In this document: positions 49,801 to 54,901 of the stretch, piece after piece
Layout: every line of letters begins with the position of its first letter
Numbering within the stretch: position 1 is the stretch's first letter
Virus record (IMG/VR): IMGVR_UViG_3300032321_001056
Location: 14,508-78,507 of that record
DNA: 64,000 nucleotides
From: a virus
Taxonomy: Duplodnaviria > Caudoviricetes
Strand: one strand, 5' to 3'
Notes under the pieces: model-generated
What the model was told of the DNA's origin: nothing
Seen by the model: only the letters and a program-made list of their open reading frames with translations
The model's database searches: none
Translations under genes and position numbers: made by a program

Positions 49801-50953
49801 CAGAAGCGACCATAGGTAGGATTAGCGCAGTAGCTTCTGTCATTGACAAACCAAAGCTTGTTGCTGCAGCAGTTACTTCTGGGAAAGCGTCAGCAATGTT
49901 GCGCAATGACATAACTGTTTTGTTTTCAATTAAGTTAAATACAGCCAACTGACCTTTTAATTGAGTAATAATCTCATTTGCAATAGCCTCATTACCAATA
50001 TCAACTGATTTACCAGTTTCTCTTCTAATACGAAGAATTGTTTGGTACATTGATTGAATAAATTCAGAAGATTGAGAAATATCCAAGTTGCCAAGTTTCT
50101 CAGTCTCAGCTGTCATTTTTGTTAATTGATATAAAACAGTTGCGCTAGCAATACCTAATTCAGCAAAGTCTCCAGCAAGAGACTGAATGAGAACACGACT
50201 TGTTCCCCACTCTCTAGTAATCTTGTCTAATTCTTTGCCAAGTTCTGCAGTAAACTTTTTAGCAGCCTTAACTTGCTTATCTAACCCATCTTGACCGCCA
50301 GTATTTAATTGCGCAAAGTTGTCAAGAACAAGCTTAGTTGTTCTGTTACTTTCTGTAGCAAGTTTTGAATAGCTAAAAAATGCTTCTCTTAAACCAAGAA
50401 TAAGTGGCATTGAGAAGTTCTTTGAAAAATTGTAAGCAGCTTGCTGACTTTTTACTGCATTGTCGCTAATTCTTTTTGAATAATCAAGAAGAGCAACTTG
50501 CTTCATTGCTTTTTGCAAATCATTACTTGATGTCTTCATAGCGTTTAAATGAGTGACGCTTTGAGACATTGCAGCATTTGATCTACTTAATGTATTAGGG
50601 TCAAGCGATCCATTTTGCATTGCCCTTTGAGCCGCAGAATAAGCTGTTGCAGACTTAGTTGCTTCATCCAGAACTCTCTTCTGCATTTCTACTGCATTTG
50701 TCATTTTTGCCAATGGGCTGAGTGACTGGCTTATTTCCCTTGAATATTGAGAAACCCCGCTTATACTCAAGCCCATTGATTGATTAAATGCTTTTGTTAC
50801 ATTGGCATTCTGAACAGCTCTTTGGGATAGAGTTGCAAGCTGTTGTGATAAATTAACTATCTGAGCTGATAGCTCGGCAGCACCCTGCTGAGCGTTGCCC
50901 TGCATATTAATTTCTATTGTAGTTTGTTCATTAGAGTTAGAAATATCAGACAT
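34877..50953 (-). CDS. giant tape measure protein (5358 aa) with embedded Rpf-like, metzincin and two ART-like domains
   Basis: Follows the tail chaperones; TP901-like core (LRNIADAFPEVTAAATSFGLSMTEATALI..M...G....ASANSMK); hydrophobic central segment; LHGGEY motifs. Confidence 0.93.
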   Translation of the reverse strand: MSDISNSNEQTTIEINMQGNAQQGAAELSAQIVNLSQQLATLSQRAVQNANVTKAFNQSMGLSISGVSQYSREISQSLSPLAKMTNAVEMQKRVLDEATKSATAYSAAQRAMQNGSLDPNTLSRSNAAMSQSVTHLNAMKTSSNDLQKAMKQVALLDYSKRISDNAVKSQQAAYNFSKNFSMPLILGLREAFFSYSKLATESNRTTKLVLDNFAQLNTGGQDGLDKQVKAAKKFTAELGKELDKITREWGTSRVLIQSLAGDFAELGIASATVLYQLTKMTAETEKLGNLDISQSSEFIQSMYQTILRIRRETGKSVDIGNEAIANEIITQLKGQLAVFNLIENKTVMSLRNIADAFPEVTAAATSFGLSMTEATALILPMVASGFQVGASANSMKVSLQRMVAMTKQNTQILSGLHEALGKDFEYSAGVGMHNIQQLSDAYGNLVKDVSKGGKGKQGALELFSRLFGVRQGPRMETAIAQLNAFQKQLDTTGTMENTVAKQLQNSVNAELRAIGQKEITIKKFEDLSTLHRMAIQKDGKDVLTAQALAVQKGQLKAQALLEKNKSKNSDFISGMSTEVGKALMAQAFDVNKLAGTQFEAELKLSQDTPEVRYRRAKESLLSLGRAVVPVVDIFLKGLLPVLEKLATFLQTNPFIAKLVSALLGVVALSGPLRMVFTTLKTAFGSTIGLFVKLSRIINGTTLQFASLQDLIMNPNLLRGQQRVVQYMDGFLIKSKRGAKELKEAYDFSGISLPAKEAITGGGIYGSDKAVNMKRLQPYVPQTNQLMNDLKVIQAQGTAQMVAGVANASEEGVSKGTANLADDIAMKFATVMHKFQGPNLFAGPNYFENNIPFGGFSGGPGSAPKAPRAPRGAGGAIADNLTAEESAAAIAANEARKARLRPPTVTTYPPGVSRFFTPQFAQADVRNLAIPNAPGSVKSPMAEAKAAWASMFPTGKSRFFNDPRFAQADVRNIQIPNTVGSALPFGARKASDRRRSILSLFRPAENPVEKAVSSISNTVELSLAQIKQWYEEAGKEMEPILAEALSGNGVFGVSQKTLDKVKKQIFDKTKQGLFTVSVKETGIDDRLINSAVIRNARSFGTAGQAELAPLVDNVAKSIQDQIDNMRNVALAAANEMEINAFGGTPMGASGRIITDFISGKEVLQADLAAAVEDHFVAIQRVTKGVVRGSETVVVNSLADIHKLLPEIADQIDIIAHEAGPISSFGDDLRRAMRDVRAKVSRFEEDVNKSGQAVVKLVKNPILGKQNDQTLALQAADRAAAEVGSLPAKGAEKAVKKGLTWDERLIGSQTVEEIKVRDEIESLKKKIATSTGRARTSAVRNLDELLFLQERYIIAERVAEATATNFSETNVAAPIRQRIDALKKQKAKALSRNKTMISPNGVDMSLAINETELLAAQEVSRNSVAEIDDLIAEQVRLRDLELKNAKDIITEEMKITKTGKAKLEKAGLAKLEEIKIAFQDEIDILNAQKTASLRRLRQNLDESPAAIQRLIDAETAKLPKPRVMPQLTPHEEFIASEREMLNAELLSSKDSKMKRRASRQTSILNLKQRLKEMYAPVQKLEGDIEDATRGINLPWTKYKGSRFFGEKFNQAVAPIRRAAPVNPMWNFIPTQKKAVGDNLPLDTFKYSGSRFFNDPRFQQLNAKRILNPRSGQRFLSTVGIKQIFKRSASETEAIAASAKTPGVFGRVKSLFRFPKSLSAAFDYTQFTGSDIIMRFADSLEEQLLTVVSTSQTEVKHISEVMRRLASTKTKHKHLPNVLRNFLTATMNIPGMTQDQIESMINLSVNNVVNDVTKTFKGGTAGRDGLKGGTPASLKAFFERLRKKTQGLDGEKMGLQELLFGSSLIKLKEGENFGTSRGITGALQNLVYQSMSGGFVGLGGSFDQDATKVSRRGINDWWRPLAARTRAAKNAPKGAKAVVEKKVEQIVNNAFSGIDDIVQAPKKVMNKIAKKVDMSLAKSDPIGMKQAAEDLRNQLANRLSGMLPVVQAPVTPVAAAQLPTTTSPTISPTPATVKSFKNTGIELPATKRQAEKMMESAQRELARQLGIDAKASGASAKIKKLTVTHFEKEIERLQGMIAGEQKLLNTFTSPAMRKGPEKNLAKLNKQLQDLAFARDKYVVAEYQLAQLASTVAPTAPSSIIPTGTTGGTAPTAPPPRIPTPTTPVIPTPATPSATGGAGKVLNIDKIGHLFKGPNIFSENIFDANLQDMIPNFDEVTLPAKEAAASIAAGGEQAAAALVTAAETVSATNLLPPPTAGALGFNSPKTGRKGLLGKFFNNRKFADALTQDSTAEGISTFPGLAKRMTAKGIFARFDDKGVLKSIEKVSQFGRVSQIELEKANRVLSGKLIGNFSRLQSILGKTTFKVWLFALSGGLSALVGPAKKAFNAIKNLATSGDYGISGAKKAISAMNTLRSEQGKSPAGLVRKTVAAAGGLFDGGIVKAGEKMMNMFTKLASTIALVGTAVLIALPVIAILVGFFGAWKSASGRLDSSMQNLKDAFAAIKEAVAALFAPIRDVINQFTGGNKVLGQFATEGEKNAALFYSITGFIKKAAEAIRNWAKTTGAAFMKNTIAPQLVRIINKFILLGSAIKNFASGDTESGMKKIKAIMWSFYYDVINIFKQLVDGIINVSITLTPVFGEIAKGILNIFGQMFVALIQLSVAAGKDMANGILNNVLAAVVKSQTYGIDTPVSKYVRNGPGGQNYTTKGMSLTEQRDALRSGKFDNKKTTAGSSGSAESDKVQSDFAANVDKGIGDLLPKIKSIFDTVMVGQLDIASKKYFELIGKGINVPLTQALKDPKGYKDALAYNVKQSADAASSGGESLGSQIANGIKDKMKEIKDTLKGYFYSNVDAKFDNIIQQYTDALEKQKDQQLKAYDDQIAGIDALADAEARLTAKKDYETKRREMIDQRETDRGNYLVERRLAVYEGRAFDVRKLDREEVLAQRNSNQEIQDLDTDRLSQLQSEQRDLAKQAISNQKDLAEKQFQEVLDSFDRFIEDVKNKSFATQEEFAAALKKVGDQANVSSSDLAKVFAKNIGELPAIIAGVRDPSIKMFSANMDDLIREASKKFGVDNKVASPSTVLGAVRMMAIGSEEGFKAAFNPTFATTYVQPAVDAIAKITSSLSEKGNKNNIADIWQKAGNDAFEKLKGELNRDIAFPKILASFSNLLAEIKPLVDQIVTQAAKASSALQGIGGAPEIASIPQSTIDEWTKTATGLMQTGFASPAQRTAMAASAARIVSLIASNILRGVVGIKAILPTSGLTPFEQGWAIKIMAGINLPGSTVDLSGGAGSGPLLPKMYNGGSIGQYGRGGFLEAPASQGIPALLHGGEYIINHKAVEKFGKGNLERINSLKNGGAWRGFASGGYMTAPGFANGGYMTAPGFANGGYMTAPGFARGGAVRRRPKDSEPINPSDDSSLRTFTNNSGQSYTVPNVNIRSGKATGTTMHMLDWAAIARSESGPDWMNALGATTKTSRGVFVGPLNIARKTWQIYSNAYKKQTGVDVGNFNNPNATPSWQDQVKIAEMVAFKGIPDSQYEYYRQPKFLDGYEGVRKNRVFFQPLNELKKFDKALGFANGGFLRKAGDPWIWSRGHVSPDRYEDQIRVKGNPSSRRQIPKEQDPNSRRRGRITPIIPPEKRYPQDGSYEPDAPWAGYTNQPDPPWIHHEGGGADRQPQMTTWKDHIGEPVGSFGFPVRYRHILGYYPTDRIPLGGKKGEDVSIVWDGKNRWTRSDSGVKKYLGGMIPQFKLGGFLKPGFGLPRLKSFGLPKLKNLNPLSWFFGKKGKGGNQNQTTFEKKPAFDVNKEPWKTQIKDYKKKMGGDFPEALDIYIDQLRKDHEESIGGNSYYSHLPEPQFVGNMPPQLAYVNDAINTQQEIARGMVNYKPNNALIIRGLKKIYVNPLYWNDDDLLRNDGDAAYRIAANRHNEEADGFSTDHRRMLTMHQGISDAMATMSTYLGIPFEFAGPLLEKSKLNRRNQMLLDVNTAYQPNKWWAGQTSAGIHLPGGVFNKDGKINTASMAYNTGSKNLMWGDPSLHKEVFMHEFGHIGGFDHPHEYVSSLKNKYGGNSSSQMLNSIMSYDAAYKGEGYLLPADINAWRSNMGYNLAAPTIVTRMDAQWRMGNPPIAGGTDPQWTAWLQMQSKLNKTKKQLPKVKKFEQGGFIGPMLPKKNKSFWGKVAGVGKGAFNIGKEILRPKNSFAIAGGTLAAILATPGGPAAMVAAGMAGSAAGGGIGSLVEQAFDKKKGFQPLDIGKNMLLQGAMYGLGAGAGAIGERFIMPALAKYGTPALRGMGDVAMNRLGLAGMDAAEIPGLIKAGVSYTKSKALSSLGKGISKISPVAGDYLKAFGGSWKQGGLDSLGNTLRNYEAPVEGWFKNIFRSDNIAIRAVRENKNKEFYEEYVRLNKKPPYISPSGRPMTPMNPVPPSSLFPYSGSDFYKAGPLTSIFNKLIKFNPFAKKIGIHAGRSGLSSINAVEGALRTGPSDQLPGKTYSWLQGTVDDVAKYAKGFAERQGYGVGEGGVSQLSDPSSSSFYITRSKGGIEMDPNVMWTEARMSPWQKILAELPITSTKEELATALAQYRENSGITGVFNKVRSNIARLRNYIKREEIFLHSSPTQGLTEIKPFADAAIGNKDPLAFLKKATMQPGMTEGSWKYTGTDNASARAGWGKVKGTYPAPAPGGSVYVVRGPKGMPKSSDIFDDVDPNSFVSKNPLKVLSEIKIPSTLTQKEALAYVDSAVRRSVTRFGGPKVPRFEQGGFIGPMLPKKKKGFWGKVGGIGKGVLNMATDTIQSFVKLGDSAYNIGASVVESPMALLDKRYSFNPMKNLDNRVLRTEKEGVNWIRGLNQATGLNIPGGKTGGFGQIANNKKYGFGDAANVISTIYGDKIVGAVAKPFTPIAKRMFGPALKGVGDIAMNRLGLLGMDASLLPNALEIGTKMTWNKIKQGASQFELKADGFLYSIPGALKNYGKKVLQSGNPSSIISNPTRDLLPSVESIVGKKGIDREIIDLFDELDMISGARSFRDSNSLDETIQRLLVKARLQLSGDMPKILDEEADVFKWNEYINKMLGLRKTSGIPDEEELTEGIINIFKNIFQSPSSPVIDSDPRIIPQSWELFNHAEIQRKVGQQLYNNLTDQGAWGDSPLLRQIGKVFGIKRGQEWNLLENPEINLPIGEQRFNLFNRTKDIYTFMSKIKEKISSFLPSRSSRYIWKEFEKGNFEPPRFKKGGYLNFKEGGEVPSILHGGEYVLNAAAVKKYGLAHLEAMNQMKFNVPSAGFSVPQASYSGNMAGGMTTSTQNVNIYVDNFIGEPEWFNSMMKDYNTKILPKNQKAAGLENRVISTYNGLNRGQ
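36630..38452. repeat. exact 35-bp direct repeat pair inside the TMP
   Basis: ggaagcattggaccaataaaaccgccttgctcaaa at 36630-36664 and 38418-38452; offset 1788 bp (596 codons). Confidence 0.95.
40718..40835. repeat. 33-bp degenerate tandem repeat encoding GFA[SN]GGYMTAP x3 plus GFARGG
   Basis: Copies are near-identical in protein and differ mainly at synonymous positions. Confidence 0.9.
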
Positions 50954-51000
50954 AATTCAGCCAATAGTAATTATCGCATATTGGGGTAATTAAAGCAAGA

Positions 51001-51414
51001 CTAATCTTCTTTCTTAACAATTTCGTATCCCATACCAAACTTCATGTCCATAATGTCATGAGCCTGCGCTGCTCTTGGTGGTTCTGGATCATACCAATCA
51101 TCTTCAAAACTAACCTCAGCACCTTGCGAGGCGGCAGCAATTTTCATCTGCATGCTTGTTTCGTTATTGCATGCTCTATACAGCAAAAATAATTCATTAA
51201 GGGTTAAATGTTCTTCTAGCGATCCCAGGCTAACCCATGCTCCTGTTTTTACAAATATTTCAGATTCATATTTGAGCAGAGGAATATCCTCCCACTTCAG
51301 ATCAGAACCTTGCTGACCTGAAGTGAGCTGATCCCCCTCTTCGCCTAGAAGGAAGGGTCTGAACCCATTGCTGCCGACATGAGTTCGCCAAACGAACGCA
51401 AGTCAAGCACATCT
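51001..51414 (-). CDS. tail assembly chaperone gpGT-like extension (-1 frame)
   Basis: Frame is open from about 51414 to TAG at 51001 (RPFLLGEEGDQ...KKED), overlaps the gpG 3' end and has no convincing start of its own. Confidence 0.7.
51293..51325 (-). promoter_or_regulatory. 13-bp stem-loop downstream of the gpG stop, candidate recoding stimulator
   Basis: CACTTCAGGTCAG-CAAGGTT-CTGATCTGAAGTG (12 WC pairs plus 1 GU). Confidence 0.5.
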
Positions 51415-51650
51415 TCAAGCTTTTCCTTGTTATTGCCAAGTTCAGCATCAACAGTAGCCAATGCAATCCCAGCCGCCTCAACCATGATGTCAATATCAGC
51501 ATCAGAAAGAGTGTCTTCTGTCTTCAAATCCTTAACTACCGCCATGAACTTACGCAAGTTACGAATAGTTAGAGGCTTAATTGTTCTTGTCTTACCATCA
51601 GCAAAAGTAATTTCCTTACCTGCCAAAATGTCTTTGTTTTTATCACTCAA
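51345..51650 (-). CDS. tail assembly chaperone (gpG-like)
   Basis: Lies between major tail protein and TMP; probable TTG start at 51650 after AAGGATGG. Confidence 0.8.
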   Translation of the reverse strand: MSDKNKDILAGKEITFADGKTRTIKPLTIRNLRKFMAVVKDLKTEDTLSDADIDIMVEAAGIALATVDAELGNNKEKLEDVLDLRSFGELMSAAMGSDPSF

Positions 51651-51678
51651 AGTATTTCCATCCTTATGTCTCGTATAC

Positions 51679-51738
51679 AAAGGGCTTCGCCCCTCGGTTA
51701 TTAAGTTTATCACAAAATCCCAAGGGGCGAATGCCTTT
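51679..51738. promoter_or_regulatory. long interrupted inverted repeat enclosing a TGnTAAACT -10-like element
   Basis: AAAGGGCTTCGCCCCTCGG-[22 nt AT-rich]-CCAAGGGGCGAATGCCTTT. Confidence 0.55.
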
Positions 51739-51759
51739 AGCTAAATTATTTAATTACAA

Positions 51760-52341
51760 TTATGCGGTAAGATCAACGATCTTGCCGTACTCGTAACCAA
51801 CATCTGCCACTGTTGGCAAAATTCTAAAGCCAACTGTGAACATTGTTGCTTCCGCACGCTTCATTGCAATTGAGGATGATTCCATTGAAATTGCACGCTT
51901 CGTGTAAAACTTACGGGTAAGCAACGAACCTGCTGTTGAACCAGGTGCTGTACCTGTTACAACAAGTGCCTTTTCAAACGGGATTACGCCCTGAGCACCG
52001 AACAAGAATGTCTTTGAGTTTGCACCATCATTGTTAGCAATGATATCTGCTCCACCAGTTTCACCATCATAGTTCCAAGCTGTTGCAAGGTTATTAAGAG
52101 TTCCTTCTGCAAGGGTTGTCTTAACCATTACTTTTACCTTTGACTGAATTACCTTAGCGGCATCGCCAAATTGGTCAATTTCAATATCAACCATGTCTGG
52201 TTCCCACGAGATTTCCAAACCGTTTTGTGTTGCTCCAATGTCAGCAAAGTTATTCATTGCTGCAATGGTTGTTGCGTTAGCATTTGTACCAAGTTTAATG
52301 GTTGCCTCGCCAACGATAATGTTAGAAACATTAACTGCCAT
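51760..52341 (-). CDS. major tail (tube) protein
   Basis: Position; DIGATQNGLEISWEP..DIEIDQ...V.TTLAE.TL.NL pattern; strong GGAGG RBS. Confidence 0.88.
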   Translation of the reverse strand: MAVNVSNIIVGEATIKLGTNANATTIAAMNNFADIGATQNGLEISWEPDMVDIEIDQFGDAAKVIQSKVKVMVKTTLAEGTLNNLATAWNYDGETGGADIIANNDGANSKTFLFGAQGVIPFEKALVVTGTAPGSTAGSLLTRKFYTKRAISMESSSIAMKRAEATMFTVGFRILPTVADVGYEYGKIVDLTA

Positions 52342-52352
52342 ATTACTTCCTC

Positions 52353-52550
52353 CTATTTATCCAGGCGAAATATCTTTCTGCCTTTCTTATCACGCCATTT
52401 AGCGATCTTTTCTATATCTTTAGCATTGACTTCGCCAAGGCGATTGCCAATACCGAGACCTTTATTCCATTCAAATTCGTAAACTGAGTTACGAAGTTTA
52501 ACGACATAGCTCGGTGTTTTACCAATATATGTAATAGTACTATACTCCAT
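52353..52550 (-). CDS. small hypothetical protein
   Basis: 65 aa; TGGTAAAAT 8 nt upstream. Confidence 0.7.
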   Translation of the reverse strand: MEYSTITYIGKTPSYVVKLRNSVYEFEWNKGLGIGNRLGEVNAKDIEKIAKWRDKKGRKIFRLDK

Positions 52551-52574
52551 ATGTTATTATTTTACCATACCCTT

Positions 52575-52988
52575 CTATACATTGCAGATCTTAAAGTCTA
52601 AATTCATTCTATACCAACCATTCAGCTCTAAAGGAGCAGCTAAACTAGAGCCAGTCTGGTAGCTAGAGAGGATTCGGCTATTGCTTCCTGTCACTCCACC
52701 CGCCTGAGCTATTGTACCAGTTTTTCCGAGCAATTCCAGGATTCTCTCCGAAATTCTGAATAATCTATCTACATCAGTATCAAATATAGAATATCTAATA
52801 TTATCCTTCCTCATCCAATAAGCATCTGGGCTAGGGATTGACGGACTATAGAAGTAAACAACAAACGGAGCAGACTCACCATTGGTAGCAGCAATTGGCG
52901 CAAAACTCATTGTTTTCCCAGCAATTGACTGTAATTCTGAGTCATTTTTTAAATGAGTGTTTACATCATAAACGCTTAATTTAGACAA
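52575..52988 (-). CDS. tail terminator-like protein
   Basis: Size and position before the major tail gene; APFVVY..., terminal YRMNLDFKI. Confidence 0.65.
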   Translation of the reverse strand: MSKLSVYDVNTHLKNDSELQSIAGKTMSFAPIAATNGESAPFVVYFYSPSIPSPDAYWMRKDNIRYSIFDTDVDRLFRISERILELLGKTGTIAQAGGVTGSNSRILSSYQTGSSLAAPLELNGWYRMNLDFKICNV

Positions 52989-53331
52989 CTGGATTACCTC
53001 TCAATGAAGCGGTAAGTGTTTCTCTTACAATATCCGCAACTAATGTATTTACCATTCCATGCATTTCCTGCATATTAAATTTATAACCATTAACAAATTT
53101 CCAATAATTTTTTCCAGCAAAAATAATATTCACTTTCATACCTGATTGATCTGGAGCAAAACTAATGTCTGCACCGTCAAATAAATTCTCATAGCGCTCA
53201 TTTAACGCCGTTCTTATAAATTCACCTTTAGACATTGCTACTTCACTAAAAGCAGTTTGAATTTCAATATTAACTTTATCTAATTTATTAATAATTTTAT
53301 CTAAATTATTATTTATTTTTATATCAATCAT
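52981..53331 (-). CDS. tail completion/neck protein (HK97 gp10-like position)
   Basis: Synteny only. Confidence 0.5.
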   Translation of the reverse strand: MIDIKINNNLDKIINKLDKVNIEIQTAFSEVAMSKGEFIRTALNERYENLFDGADISFAPDQSGMKVNIIFAGKNYWKFVNGYKFNMQEMHGMVNTLVADIVRETLTASLRGNPVV

Positions 53332-53720
53332 TCTGACTCCACAACTCTTCTTAAAGTGACAATTGTATGATGCTTTTTGCCATGAATACCAAATTTTGGT
53401 TGTATTCCAACTATTTCATAAATAGAATTATCAACCACAACATTGTCTCTATCTTTTATATTTTGGAATCTATTTCCGTAGGCAATGTTTGCATCTGATT
53501 TCTTAGGGACAATTGCTTCAAATTTAGGCACATTGTCCTGATAAGGAGTCAACCTTCTTTCATCGCCCGAAGACGAACTAGAACTCGGTGCTTGAAATTG
53601 AAAAGATATCGTATCTACTTTCGTGTACGCTGCGTATTTTTGACCAGCAGCGTTTGTACTTGTGGTTTTTCTGTATATATCACCTTTGTGAGTGAAGTGA
53701 AAATAAGTCTGTGAAGCCAT
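53328..53720 (-). CDS. head closure (stopper) protein
   Basis: Synteny; beta-rich, ending YEIVGI...HH.IVTLRRV. Confidence 0.65.
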   Translation of the reverse strand: MASQTYFHFTHKGDIYRKTTSTNAAGQKYAAYTKVDTISFQFQAPSSSSSSGDERRLTPYQDNVPKFEAIVPKKSDANIAYGNRFQNIKDRDNVVVDNSIYEIVGIQPKFGIHGKKHHTIVTLRRVVESE

Positions 53721-54647
53721 TTAAACCACATAATCCATGACAAACAATGTGTAGTCCATAAGTAATATGTCTGCATCAATGTTCCCTGTTGATTCGTAGA
53801 AGTTCTGCCCTGTCTGAACTCTAAGGACATCCATATCTGCACTGTAGATACCATGTCTACGGTAAATTGAGTCATCGTTCATCATATCTTCAAGAAGCAG
53901 GTCAGCTGCTTGTTCAATATTATTTGGAACAAACTGCCATCCAAAATCACCTTCAATCCTGTACACGCACTGAGGATTGAATTTATTCACAACTAGCAAA
54001 ACATTTATACTGTCCAGAACAGATTTTCTAAATTGAACATAATATGAACTACCAAAACTGTGTGGTTCTTTAATTTTTTCAATATGATTCATTGTTGCAT
54101 CTGCGTAATTATGAAGCACAATTTCATCCTCAGTTCCTGGGTCAGATGTAACTTTTCTCAGAGTAGCAATAGGGTTTGGAAGATGAATTGATTTTTTACC
54201 AGAACCCATAACTTCAAGATATTTATTTGGATAGTACTCAAATGACTGACCACAAAAAGTGTTGATGATGTTTCTCACCTTGCTTTCTAATTTATCAAAC
54301 TTATCCACCCAGTCATCCTCTAAAAGTGGATGGTCATTGAAGAAAGCGGTTGCTGTAATATATGGAGTATAAACATTAAAATATTTTGATTGGGTGTAGG
54401 ATGTCCCGCTCACGGTGTAAGTGAAGTCAGCACGATATCTACCCGCAGCGTTTAATACATAAATGCCAGATGCTTGTTGACCGTATGTGATTGTAAAAAC
54501 ACCAGTCCCAGTTCTTGTTGCATTTGTCGGACCAGAAACAAGAGAGCCAAACTCATGATATAAACTTACAGACACAACATTTGATGTTGGATCACTTGGT
54601 AGTGTTAAAGTAAGTGTTTTACTTGTTTCAATCTTTACATCATCCAT
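53721..54647 (-). CDS. head-to-tail adaptor with N-terminal Ig-like extension
   Basis: Y.IEGDFGWQFVPNNIEQAA.LL and TGNIDADILL.DY motifs of adaptor proteins. Confidence 0.75.
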   Translation of the reverse strand: MDDVKIETSKTLTLTLPSDPTSNVVSVSLYHEFGSLVSGPTNATRTGTGVFTITYGQQASGIYVLNAAGRYRADFTYTVSGTSYTQSKYFNVYTPYITATAFFNDHPLLEDDWVDKFDKLESKVRNIINTFCGQSFEYYPNKYLEVMGSGKKSIHLPNPIATLRKVTSDPGTEDEIVLHNYADATMNHIEKIKEPHSFGSSYYVQFRKSVLDSINVLLVVNKFNPQCVYRIEGDFGWQFVPNNIEQAADLLLEDMMNDDSIYRRHGIYSADMDVLRVQTGQNFYESTGNIDADILLMDYTLFVMDYVV

Positions 54648-54653
54648 AGTTCA

Positions 54654-54662
54654 ATTATAACA
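54654..54662 (-). promoter_or_regulatory. extended -10 element, putative leaderless promoter
   Basis: TGTTATAAT 6 nt before ATG 54647; small hairpin AAGGG..CCCTT just upstream. Confidence 0.65.
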
Positions 54663-54681
54663 GAATAAGGGTTTTACGCCC

Positions 54682-54888
54682 TTAAAATACTTCCATAGCA
54701 AGACTAACTTGAAGGTCACTTGTGCTTATAGCTGATGCTAATTTCAAGTTAAAAGAAATTATTGCCCCAGTTGAATCTTTAAAAAAAATAACTCCGTCAG
54801 CATAGTTAATAGCGAGCTCCCCCGCCTCAAGCGAGGTAGGGGCGCTATTTGCTGTTCCTGAGTTTTTAATTTTAATTACATTAGCCAT
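54682..54888 (-). CDS. small fibre-cap-like protein
   Basis: N-terminus MANVIKIKNSG...PTSLEAGELAIN is paralogous to the next gene. Confidence 0.7.
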   Translation of the reverse strand: MANVIKIKNSGTANSAPTSLEAGELAINYADGVIFFKDSTGAIISFNLKLASAISTSDLQVSLAMEVF

Positions 54889-54901
54889 TTAAGCCTCTTG
54901 C

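Noticed and set aside
34877-50953. Literal ~800-nm tail inferred from 5358 aa
   Set aside because: About 3200 aa appear to be inserted globular or repeat modules, so the residue-to-length rule probably does not apply to the whole protein.
51330-51337. GGGGGAT as an L5-like slippery site
   Set aside because: It lies downstream of the gpG TAG stop and would need readthrough first.
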